Below are positions 8,724 to 17,111 of a DNA stretch of 64,000 bases, in pieces. Made by a program: the position numbers and the translations under genes. The DNA lies in IMG/VR virus record IMGVR_UViG_3300042923_000601, positions 62,001 through 126,000 of that record; one strand, written 5' to 3'. The notes beneath the pieces are model-generated. The model was given only the letters and a program-made list of their open reading frames with translations. It made no database searches and was not told the DNA's origin. The stretch's first letter is position 1. The number at the start of each line of letters is the position of its first letter.

Positions 8724-10577
8724 TTATTGGGTCTCACCGCGACGGACTGCTTTCTCTTCCAGATATTCTGGTCTAAAGACAAGCTTTGGTCGCATATCAT
8801 TGATCAGTCTCAGCTTAATATATCCTTGCTCATTCCGGACATACGGGATGAACCTTGGCTTCATCGTAAGACGAATATAGCCATCATCATTACGAACATG
8901 GGCTGGACGTACGAGCTGAATGTAGCCCTCTTCATTTCTGAAGCCGGAATACTTCGCTGCCCATACTCTACGTTCATGGAAGTGCTTGGCTGCCATGCGA
9001 TTGTTGCGGAGCCGAAGATAGTATGCACCGTCTTCCCGCCCTTTGATCTTGGCAATGCGTTTCTTCAGTTTCTTCTCGTAGTTTCCTTTGGCTACTGATT
9101 CTGTATCACCAAAGTAACCGCCGTCATAAATCTTACAGAATGGGGTCAGCATACCCGATGCCCCCGGTGAGCTAGGCGAGATCGCGTTGAGTTCAAACCG
9201 TCCCAGATGGGATGGGTACACGTCACGCTGCTCGTCTGTAATACGGTCAGACCGGAGACCTTGCTCTCCAGTAACGGAGAACTTCAGTCCATTCAGTGCC
9301 TGCAGATCGTTCACGTCGATGTTGTAACGGAACAACGGACAAGCATTCGCCCCGCCGAATAGACTCTTGAACAGAGAGTACTCGTCGAACCGAAGTTGTC
9401 TTGCAATGGAGCCTGCTTCAGGGTTAGATAGATTGAGGATATAGTTGAGCTTGTACTTCGCAATCTTCCCGAAGTAGGCCGCGATATACTCATTCGTCCG
9501 AACCCGGCGATTCTCCAGATCGTTATTGTCAATATTGCGAAGATAGTTGAATTCTCTCAGCACCCAGCGGCATACTGCATAGGAATCGATCTTATCCTTA
9601 TCATCAATCCGCAGAATGTTACGGGTGGTAGTATCCAGCACGTTCTTAAATGATCTCAGAACGTCATGACCTTTATTAAGCTGGCTATTCGCCGACTTTG
9701 TGAACTGTGCACCAAGACGTTTCTTCCAGACATCAGGATCATAGAGCGTATCGATGCGATCTTTCTTAAACATGCCGATCAACATTCCGACGAAGATACG
9801 GAAGAAGTTGTCCGACTCAAATAGCATCCGCTCAGCCTGAATCATAAGGTTAGAATTGATCTTGAAGTAATGATACATCTCGGCATCCTTTACCTCTGTC
9901 GTGATGTCGCAGAATTTAGAGTAGCCAAAGTACGAGATCGTATCAAGGATACTCATTTTTCCCACGAAATAATGCAGCGGGTTAAAGGTTTTCTTGAATA
10001 GGTTGATGATCATGGTATCAACCTTGATAATCTCACCTGTAGTGACATCCAGCAGGGATACTTTCTTCTTCGTATCCTTATTAAACTTCGCCCGAATGTG
10101 TGTCTTCAGGATGACATCGCCCTTCTGATTATAGATGGCATTGTCTACAACCTGGAACATGACGAGTGTCTTATTGCCATTCACAAGGAAGTGGTACCGG
10201 TCAATATACTTTGGAATCAGAATCGTATTCTCAATGTAATTAAGACCCGTATCCTTATCCTTATAGCCGTTGATTTGAATCTTAAACCGCAGAGCGTCGA
10301 ACGCGGTATACTGAATCGGAATTAGCTTTTCGATCTTCTGCTTGAGAATCTTCTTACTCTTGATGTTATTCCGATTGAGCCGGACGTCAAGCTTAGATGG
10401 GTCGGTAATATACTCCACATCTTTCAAGTACACACCCGGTATCATCTCAAATGACTTCAGATCATCAACGATGAATTCATACACTTGCTTACCGAGCCGT
10501 CTGTCAAATAGCTCCTCATTTACGTCTCCTGTCAAACTGTCGGAATACTCTGCTACCATCTTCCCAAGGAAACCCAT
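8724..10577 (-). CDS. Multisubunit RNA polymerase beta subunit, N-terminal part (probably non-virion RNAP)
   Basis: RDVYPSHLGRFELNAISPSSPGASG matches the RpoB motif RDVHxSHYGRxCPIETPEG. The ORF ends shortly after this region with a repetitive tail. Confidence 0.85.
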   Translation of the reverse strand: MGFLGKMVAEYSDSLTGDVNEELFDRRLGKQVYEFIVDDLKSFEMIPGVYLKDVEYITDPSKLDVRLNRNNIKSKKILKQKIEKLIPIQYTAFDALRFKIQINGYKDKDTGLNYIENTILIPKYIDRYHFLVNGNKTLVMFQVVDNAIYNQKGDVILKTHIRAKFNKDTKKKVSLLDVTTGEIIKVDTMIINLFKKTFNPLHYFVGKMSILDTISYFGYSKFCDITTEVKDAEMYHYFKINSNLMIQAERMLFESDNFFRIFVGMLIGMFKKDRIDTLYDPDVWKKRLGAQFTKSANSQLNKGHDVLRSFKNVLDTTTRNILRIDDKDKIDSYAVCRWVLREFNYLRNIDNNDLENRRVRTNEYIAAYFGKIAKYKLNYILNLSNPEAGSIARQLRFDEYSLFKSLFGGANACPLFRYNIDVNDLQALNGLKFSVTGEQGLRSDRITDEQRDVYPSHLGRFELNAISPSSPGASGMLTPFCKIYDGGYFGDTESVAKGNYEKKLKKRIAKIKGREDGAYYLRLRNNRMAAKHFHERRVWAAKYSGFRNEEGYIQLVRPAHVRNDDGYIRLTMKPRFIPYVRNEQGYIKLRLINDMRPKLVFRPEYLEEKAVRRGETQ

Positions 10578-10660
10578 TTTACTCCTCCTTTATATGCAAA
10601 AAAGTAAGGAAGGATAATGCTACTTCCCTACCCTTATATAATATCTAACCTAGTTTGCGT

Positions 10661-11431
10661 TTACCAATCGGCACTGATAACTTGAGATACCGGTATTGTA
10701 TTGTCATTAATGACCCAAGCTACATAGCCACTAGCTCGTAATGCAGGGACAATGGAATCATCGGATAATTCATCAATTACACCAGTATTAAAATCGCTGG
10801 ATAGCTTATCTAAAATTCCCCCGAGCTGTTCAGGCGTCGCATTGGTTGTAAATCTATAATCATAACCCTTACCTTGAATACTAACCGCACGAACGTCACG
10901 GTACTGTCTAACTTTACGCGAAACCTCGATGCCCTCGCATAACCTATCCAATGTCACACGGTTAACCTGGTCAATGGTGAGCTTAGGATTGATACGAAGC
11001 ATGGCGAGGCGTAGTTGATCAAGTGTAGCAAAGGCCAGGTCTACCGGTAACCCATCCACTGGATCGACAGGCGTGTCGTTACGCGGTGTAACTAGTTCAT
11101 CCATAGATGAGCATATCGCTTCAGTCATCATGTACATTGGACTACCGTCAGGGAAATGAGTGCGTCTAAGCTCAACCTCAAATCCGTTACCCTGTGCAAG
11201 TAAACCGCGCATAAAGATATCCTTACCTTCAACAGTGGCACATGCCGTTTGCATCATATCAAAGCAATTTGCATGAAACTGACAATACAGTTCCTCCTTG
11301 CCGTTCATACCTCTCGGGTAGAGGGTAGTAGGTTCTGAGCCGCAGATTCCTTCAGGGCTCCACTCATGGTTCTTATGAAAGTCACATACTCCGAAATGTT
11401 CTGACACTTGACAACATCCCCTTTTAGCCAA
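10661..11431 (-). CDS. Hypothetical protein with Cys/His-rich N-terminus
   Basis: 256-aa ORF with CC..CDFH..C..CQFHANC. The start codon is uncertain. Confidence 0.5.
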   Translation of the reverse strand: MAKRGCCQVSEHFGVCDFHKNHEWSPEGICGSEPTTLYPRGMNGKEELYCQFHANCFDMMQTACATVEGKDIFMRGLLAQGNGFEVELRRTHFPDGSPMYMMTEAICSSMDELVTPRNDTPVDPVDGLPVDLAFATLDQLRLAMLRINPKLTIDQVNRVTLDRLCEGIEVSRKVRQYRDVRAVSIQGKGYDYRFTTNATPEQLGGILDKLSSDFNTGVIDELSDDSIVPALRASGYVAWVINDNTIPVSQVISADW

Positions 11432-11453
11432 AATAAATAGAATGCGAAAGTAT

Positions 11454-11483
11454 CCCCACTATAGGATACCTATAGTGGGGTTT
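11454..11483 (-). terminator. Probable terminator
   Basis: Stem CCCCACTATAGG/CCTATAGTGGGG just downstream of the 11496 stop. Confidence 0.6.
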
Positions 11484-11495
11484 CGTTGTATAAGA

Positions 11496-12200
11496 TTACG
11501 CCATGCTTTCAACCAGGCGGTCGTTCTTGATCGCTTGTTTGAATTCCTTGCTGGCGACAAATCCAATTTGCCATTTGTCCTTAACCCGTTCGATGGTGTA
11601 AGTGCCTTCACCCTGAACTTCATACTTGATTGGCTTCTCAGGGTCTTTGCTGGTGGCAAGGACATGCAAGATTGTTGATACATGAATAGCGACCATCATC
11701 TGCGCCATGTACCGGTCGAGAGCGACACCACGATCGTTTTCGTTAGGGCGTTGTACCCATTCACCTTTGATGGTGTCGTACTCGTCAAGCTGGCAGCAGT
11801 GAATAACCGTATTCAGGAAGATTTCATCCGTGATTTGCTCTTGGATTTCTTCCACCAACGAGAGGTTTTCATACGGTTTTTCTTCGAACTTGTCGAACTT
11901 AGCCATAAGGGCTTTTTCGTTAGTGAGAGAGAACGTCGGGTTCAGTGTATGGGAATCACCGGTTTTCCGGAGTGCTACACCGTAACGGAATGGTCCAACA
12001 TCCAGCGTCTTTTCATCGCTAGGGTCTTTTTCCATCATCAGATATAGGGACCGACCGATTGCGGCGGAAATGCCTGCGTCCACCATTGCTTGAACCGGGA
12101 TATCGACTACAGCCGCTTTCGCAGTGCCGTTTTCTTGGCGTTCGCATTGCGTAACATGAGTTGCTGTAAGATTTGTCAATTCAATAAACGATTTTGCCAT
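11496..12200 (-). CDS. Hypothetical protein, paralog of 13233..14000, HU/IHF-like motifs
   Basis: SD present and early promoter at 12279-12289. C-terminus GEGTYTIE..IGFVASKEFKQAIKND. Confidence 0.55.
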   Translation of the reverse strand: MAKSFIELTNLTATHVTQCERQENGTAKAAVVDIPVQAMVDAGISAAIGRSLYLMMEKDPSDEKTLDVGPFRYGVALRKTGDSHTLNPTFSLTNEKALMAKFDKFEEKPYENLSLVEEIQEQITDEIFLNTVIHCCQLDEYDTIKGEWVQRPNENDRGVALDRYMAQMMVAIHVSTILHVLATSKDPEKPIKYEVQGEGTYTIERVKDKWQIGFVASKEFKQAIKNDRLVESMA

Positions 12201-12449
12201 TTGAAATCTCTCCTTTATACATGGGTAGTAGTTATTTGGACAGCCTATGAATACAATTTACTGTCTCTTATACACTTAAATAATATATACTTGTATTCCA
12301 TTGTTGCTGATTAACATGGGCGTTTCTTTGTTAAGCGGGTTTAGGGCGAATGCGGATCACCTAAACGTCACCTCCCAATATAGTTACTGGTCAATATAAA
12401 GTCAAGCTACAAATCATTATTTAGACACTGGCGTATTCTCCTTCACGAG

Positions 12450-12962
12450 TTAGTTGGCATGTGATTCACTGATATAATATATATTCAAATTCTCGTCCTT
12501 GGCCAACTTTACCGGTACTCTATCGAGTACACGATGGACAAATGTACCATGTCTGAGAAGCATACATTTAGAGGATTTGACCAGCTCGGCAAGCCCAGCT
12601 TTAACTATTCCTCTAGCTAATGCTTCTGGCGAAATGTAATGATGATTAGGCTCAGGCGGAAATGCATGGGTCGTATTGTCTGGGGTTGTGTACTCCAAGA
12701 CACACCCATAGTCTGAATTAACGATAACACCCGTCTCAAGATCAAATGCCCTCTGAACGAGTGGTACCCAGTGAACGATAACCGTGTTATTATTTTCATC
12801 TATGGTACGGATATTCACATGATACCTAGATTTCATGATCTCTCTAAACCCATGTGCAATTTGAGAGTTGCTGGCACAGGCACCGAGACCATTCGAAGGG
12901 TATACACATGGTTCAAGCGTTTTCGTCTTAGGATCATAGACGTCATATCTGATTCTACGCAT
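12450..12962 (-). CDS. Hypothetical protein (170 aa)
   Basis: ORF with AAGGAGG SD; no recognised motif. Confidence 0.6.
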   Translation of the reverse strand: MRRIRYDVYDPKTKTLEPCVYPSNGLGACASNSQIAHGFREIMKSRYHVNIRTIDENNNTVIVHWVPLVQRAFDLETGVIVNSDYGCVLEYTTPDNTTHAFPPEPNHHYISPEALARGIVKAGLAELVKSSKCMLLRHGTFVHRVLDRVPVKLAKDENLNIYYISESHAN

Positions 12963-13026
12963 AAAAATAAAGTCCTCCTTGGTAGATATACTAATATAAC
13001 GTCCACTCTTCCATAAATTTCAAGAA

Positions 13027-13054
13027 AAAAGAATCCCGGTTAAGGGATTCTTTT
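13027..13054 (-). terminator. Intrinsic terminator
   Basis: AAAAGAATCCC/GGGATTCTTTT stem immediately after the small peptide ORFs. Confidence 0.65.
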
Positions 13055-13056
13055 CA

Positions 13057-13125
13057 TTAGTGATCATCATCGTCAGTCATCATAAGGACTATAGCCAATA
13101 TACATAGGCCGACTATCACAAGCAC
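13057..13125 (-). CDS. Small hydrophobic peptide (22 aa, MLVIVGLCILAIVLMMTDDDDH)
   Basis: Absent from the ORF track. GTG start overlaps the upstream TAG, with GGAGG upstream. One TM-like stretch and an acidic tail. Confidence 0.45.
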   Translation of the reverse strand: MLVIVGLCILAIVLMMTDDDDH

Positions 13126-13229
13126 TACCGTTTTCGCCTCCGATTAACGACTAGACTGACTAGCCAAAAAGCAATTATAGCCAGCACGCTATTTAATGCA
13201 AGTACGGATATCATTCCTAAGTCAGCCAT
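13125..13229 (-). CDS. Small single-pass membrane peptide (34 aa, MADLGMISVLALNSVLAIIAFWLVSLVVNRRRKR)
   Basis: Absent from the ORF track. ATG is 3 nt after the stop of 13233..14000. TM helix followed by a basic tail. Confidence 0.6.
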   Translation of the reverse strand: MADLGMISVLALNSVLAIIAFWLVSLVVNRRRKR

Positions 13230-13232
13230 TGA

Positions 13233-14000
13233 TTATTCGGCTTCCTCTGTAAGCTCAAGTGCTAATTCATCGTTCTTGATTGCCATTTTATATTCCTTGG
13301 ATGGAACGAAGGCAATCTTCATTGACTCACCAGCATCTCCAGGTACGATTCCTTCCAGTACATAGGTACCTTCAGGCAGGGGAAGTTTATGTGCTTCGCT
13401 GGTATTTTCCGATACCAACAGGAAGCAGATTGTACAAGCGTACACAGATACGATCACCGCAAGATCGTCCAAATTATATTGCAACCCCTCGACGATTGGA
13501 TCATTCTGAATCCATTCTTCGGTTGCTGGATCGAATACCTTGAAGTCCAGATAGTTACGTAGGACGTTCAAGTAGTCATCCCGTTCAAAGAGAACGTCTG
13601 CAAAGATATCGATCAACTGCTCGTTCACCATGTCGTGTACAGGCTTCTCAAAGAGGTGTACCGGCCAGTATTCACCAGCAGTATCTGTGGATGAGAAACT
13701 TGGTTGGAATACGATATTGTCACCCGACTCACGCTGGCTGATTTCATATGTGAACGGCCCGATTGTCAGCGAAGGTGTTGCGGAGCTATCGCCATTAGCC
13801 AGTGTCAACCGCAAGAATGTCGGGATAGACTGGGCGATTGAATGTATAATATGGTTGGTGACATCGAGCATAACCTCACGATGCTCTACACTAAGGTTGT
13901 CGAAGTCTTCTACCTTAATAGGAAGTTTCACAGAATCCTCCGTGAAACGTTTAATTCCTTTCAGCATCAGTTCGTTAAAGTAGTGGTTTTTCGTAGTCAT
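13233..14000 (-). CDS. Hypothetical protein, paralog of 11496..12200, HU/IHF-like motifs
   Basis: SD and early promoter at 14040-14050. C-terminus PEGTYVLE..IAFVPSKEYKMAIKND. Confidence 0.55.
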   Translation of the reverse strand: MTTKNHYFNELMLKGIKRFTEDSVKLPIKVEDFDNLSVEHREVMLDVTNHIIHSIAQSIPTFLRLTLANGDSSATPSLTIGPFTYEISQRESGDNIVFQPSFSSTDTAGEYWPVHLFEKPVHDMVNEQLIDIFADVLFERDDYLNVLRNYLDFKVFDPATEEWIQNDPIVEGLQYNLDDLAVIVSVYACTICFLLVSENTSEAHKLPLPEGTYVLEGIVPGDAGESMKIAFVPSKEYKMAIKNDELALELTEEAE

Positions 14001-14039
14001 AGGTGTAGCCTCCTAAATAGTATGTGTGTATTACTCTTA

Positions 14040-14050
14040 TATAATATATA
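14040..14050 (-). promoter_or_regulatory. Early-type promoter TATATATTATA
   Basis: The same motif recurs upstream of about 10 non-structural genes (see findings). Confidence 0.65.
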
Positions 14051-14082
14051 AGTAGGTTTGCTAGTATGTACTATTTCAATTC

Positions 14083-14130
14083 AAAAAAAACGTAAAAATC
14101 CCACACCGGCCATGTAATAGCCGGTGTGGG
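14083..14130 (-). terminator. Intrinsic terminator
   Basis: 11-bp stem CCCACACCGGC/GCCGGTGTGGG followed on - by U5 and U8 tracts. Confidence 0.75.
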
Positions 14131-14436
14131 TAAAATCATACGTAGTGTCACCTAACGTAGTAAGACTTCAGATTCTACTTGAGTTATCCTCCATAATCAA
14201 GTGTGGGTCAGGGCATATCAAATCACGAATGGCCTCGACGTCATAGCGCGTTTACCGTTGTAGTTCTTCAGGAGGATGCACACGGACCAACGTCATCATC
14301 CTATTCTCACCGCAAGGTAGTCATAGCGTAATGGTCTGCTCTAGCAGCTGACGATTTATAAGGGTGCACGAATGATAAGTATCCGGGACCGTAATAATTA
14401 TTTTATGAGGTGTCTCACACCAGAATCTTCCATCTT
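14090..14436 (-). ncRNA. Candidate structured non-coding RNA (~350 nt)
   Basis: Bounded by a late promoter (14436-14447) and a terminator. No ORF longer than about 15 codons from any ATG read. Several hairpins. No known RNA family recognised. Confidence 0.4.
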
Positions 14437-14445
14437 ATTAATCTG

Positions 14446-16686
14446 TTACACAGAATCAATTTTATACTTCTCAAGGAATTCAGCCAGCGTATAAATCGGT
14501 TTATTTGACTTACGCGCAGCTTTCGCCTTGGTACCACCTAACCGTTCAGGGGTCACGACAAGAATATCGTACTTCCCACTATCGGTTATCTTATAGTTCA
14601 GAGAATCGCAAATCTTGTTAAACTCATCATTTGACCGGAAGCCAGATACGAGGACAACCTTGTCGTACTTCTTATTTTCCTCGTAAGTGACGGTAATCAT
14701 CCCGCAGAGTTCGTTCCACTCGTCATATTTCTCCACGAGTGCTCGTGCAAACTTAGGGGCATTGTCCTTTATTCCCGGTACGGATGCGATAGCTTGTGTA
14801 AATTCTCTCATTGCAGGTGAATGTTCTGAGCCTGTGGATTCAGCAACCAGCGCGTTTGTCCACATGGTTGTAAACCCAAGTAACCCTAAATGATCGATGA
14901 TCTTCTTAGCTGTAGACGTCCGAAGGTTCGGAATCCGAAGAAGGTCGATCGCCTTTGAGGCTGGGAGTGGGGCTGATATTTTAGCCTGATGTTCTTCCCA
15001 TGCCTTATCTAGGTTAAGGCCCGTGAGGACTTTGGACAGGTCTTCCTTGTCCATCTCTAGGAATTTCATCGTATTTGTAATGCCAATATCAACTAGACCT
15101 TTAGCAGTTTCTTCACCGAAGAAGTCGATGCCGAATACTCGAATGGTCTCAAGTACTCGTCCAACCGCTGTACCTGGACAGTCTGGATTATCACACACCA
15201 GCATATCCTTCCGAGTAGCTAGTGGGGATTCACAGTGGATACACTTTGTTGGAAGCTTGATTTTGGCACCACTTAAATTAGGCTTACAGGTAGCATCCTT
15301 GTCGATATATCCCATGACGTCAGCGTTGTAGGATACGATGACTTCATCGCCTACCCGAAGATCGAGCCGTTCAAACCGGGTTACGTTATTGACAGGTGCT
15401 TTGTCATAGACAACCCCGTTGAATTCGATCTCATCAAATAGAATATTGTGACCCATGAACCCTTGGCGACCTTGGGTTGTCAGGATACCTTTAACATGCG
15501 TCCGCTTAACCATTGCATCAAATTTATATGCAATCTGCCAGCGGTTTTTGTTATTGGATCGACCAAGTGCTTTCCGATCTTCGCTATCGCTCAGTGTCAG
15601 TACCACACCGTCGATGCTGAAGTCCAGACTGCTACGCTTCTCGCTAACGATCTGAATGTACTCCTGAATGCGAGTAAGCAGATCATCAATATCACCATAA
15701 ATGGTCTGGATAGGTTCTGGGGTGAATTCATACGACGCCCTAGCCTTTAATCCATTCATTACAGGAACCCAGTCGACATGCTTAACCGCTTCGTCGTCTA
15801 CACCGATTGGAACCAGTGACAGACAGGACGCATAGTCGGCGAATTCCTCTTTGCTCATGGAGTCATTCCCGTAAGCTGTGACCATTCGTTTAATAGCGGC
15901 TGCAGCTGCTGCCCGTCGAGTCTTATATGTAACCCCGGTAAGCTCACTCAGCCGTTTACGGCCACTTTCCGTCACCAGCGCCTCATATTGAATCCCAATT
16001 CTCACAGGGGCAGCATAGGGAACCAGCCCGGATGGTGTAAGGAAAGGCCGTCTGTTGATTACGGTCCCCGTCATATCAACCCCGAGGTTATTAACAATAT
16101 CGCCTCTGGAAGTTGCCTTAGTGGGACGGTAGCCTTCGATGGTATCACCCGGTTTCACGTTCCCTGTAATCAGTACACAGGTTGCCGATACCGAGCTACC
16201 ATCAAACTTCAAATCAAGCGAGACGTTCAGTTTCTTCTTACCCAGCTCAGCCATAGCTCTCCGAAGGAACTTCTCGACACTCATCTTATCGCCGATGTCA
16301 TAAACATCGTACGCCTTGTCAAGTGTACCCACAAGCTCCGGGAAGTCATGAGCTACATTTCTAAGCCCTGCACTTGAACTGGATTGGAACGGTTCGTCGT
16401 GATCCTGCTTATATCTCTCCAGCATATTGTCATAGATATAGTCTGGGAGAAGCTTGATCGTCATATCACCGCCGAGTGTCCAGTTGAAATCATAGATGGC
16501 TTTACTGGCCATGATGAGGTTTGCGGCTGCCTGAATATCATCATTTGACAACCCTGCGTCATCGGACTGTGCAAACCGGACTGCAAACTCTTCAGTTTCT
16601 TTTGCGTTAATGAATCCGGCAGCGACAAGATATTTCTTATCCTGTACTGCATCCACAGCCTTTTTTGCTTTTTTGTGCGCTGACAT
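14446..16686 (-). CDS. ligA: NAD-dependent DNA ligase
   Basis: DLKFDG adenylation motif, TSRGD, IDGVV, RWQIAYKF, C4 zinc finger (CIHC..C..C), HhH region, C-terminal BRCT-like domain. Confidence 0.95.
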   Translation of the reverse strand: MSAHKKAKKAVDAVQDKKYLVAAGFINAKETEEFAVRFAQSDDAGLSNDDIQAAANLIMASKAIYDFNWTLGGDMTIKLLPDYIYDNMLERYKQDHDEPFQSSSSAGLRNVAHDFPELVGTLDKAYDVYDIGDKMSVEKFLRRAMAELGKKKLNVSLDLKFDGSSVSATCVLITGNVKPGDTIEGYRPTKATSRGDIVNNLGVDMTGTVINRRPFLTPSGLVPYAAPVRIGIQYEALVTESGRKRLSELTGVTYKTRRAAAAAAIKRMVTAYGNDSMSKEEFADYASCLSLVPIGVDDEAVKHVDWVPVMNGLKARASYEFTPEPIQTIYGDIDDLLTRIQEYIQIVSEKRSSLDFSIDGVVLTLSDSEDRKALGRSNNKNRWQIAYKFDAMVKRTHVKGILTTQGRQGFMGHNILFDEIEFNGVVYDKAPVNNVTRFERLDLRVGDEVIVSYNADVMGYIDKDATCKPNLSGAKIKLPTKCIHCESPLATRKDMLVCDNPDCPGTAVGRVLETIRVFGIDFFGEETAKGLVDIGITNTMKFLEMDKEDLSKVLTGLNLDKAWEEHQAKISAPLPASKAIDLLRIPNLRTSTAKKIIDHLGLLGFTTMWTNALVAESTGSEHSPAMREFTQAIASVPGIKDNAPKFARALVEKYDEWNELCGMITVTYEENKKYDKVVLVSGFRSNDEFNKICDSLNYKITDSGKYDILVVTPERLGGTKAKAARKSNKPIYTLAEFLEKYKIDSV

Positions 16687-16735
16687 GTAGTGTACTCCTT
16701 TCAGTTAAAAGGCGGGACCCGGAGGTCCCGTCCGT

Positions 16736-17080
16736 TTAAACAGCTTCTTTTATAGCTGCAATAAGGCTCTGTGTAGAGAATGTACTCGACACCCATGAAA
16801 CTATCGTAGGCTCAGAGCTAGTCTCATTACCTGCTACCGAGATAGACAGCTTGAGTCCTGACGTTTTGTTAGGTGCGATAGAATACGTCACGTTACCTCG
16901 GATATATGTCCAAGGTTGCTGCTCCGAGCTTATCAAGGTGGTCATTTCATCCACCATTTGAGGCGTGAGCATCATAACGATTGGGGCTACATCCGGGGAT
17001 GCACTTGCAACCTCGAATACATATTCATTAGATTGCTTTCTAACCCGGACCTCAGTCCCATACTGATTAGCATCTGCCAT
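16736..17080 (-). CDS. Hypothetical protein (114 aa)
   Basis: ORF with AAGGAGG SD. Confidence 0.55.
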   Translation of the reverse strand: MADANQYGTEVRVRKQSNEYVFEVASASPDVAPIVMMLTPQMVDEMTTLISSEQQPWTYIRGNVTYSIAPNKTSGLKLSISVAGNETSSEPTIVSWVSSTFSTQSLIAAIKEAV

Positions 17081-17111
17081 AGTTTAACCTCCTTACATAT
17101 TTATATTACGT

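Noticed and set aside
14090-14436. tmRNA, RNase P, SRP or tRNA identity for the non-coding unit
   Set aside because: No tRNA-like acceptor/T-arm with CCA end, no GAGGAAAGUCC, no SRP loop motif recognised. Kept only as an unknown ncRNA candidate.
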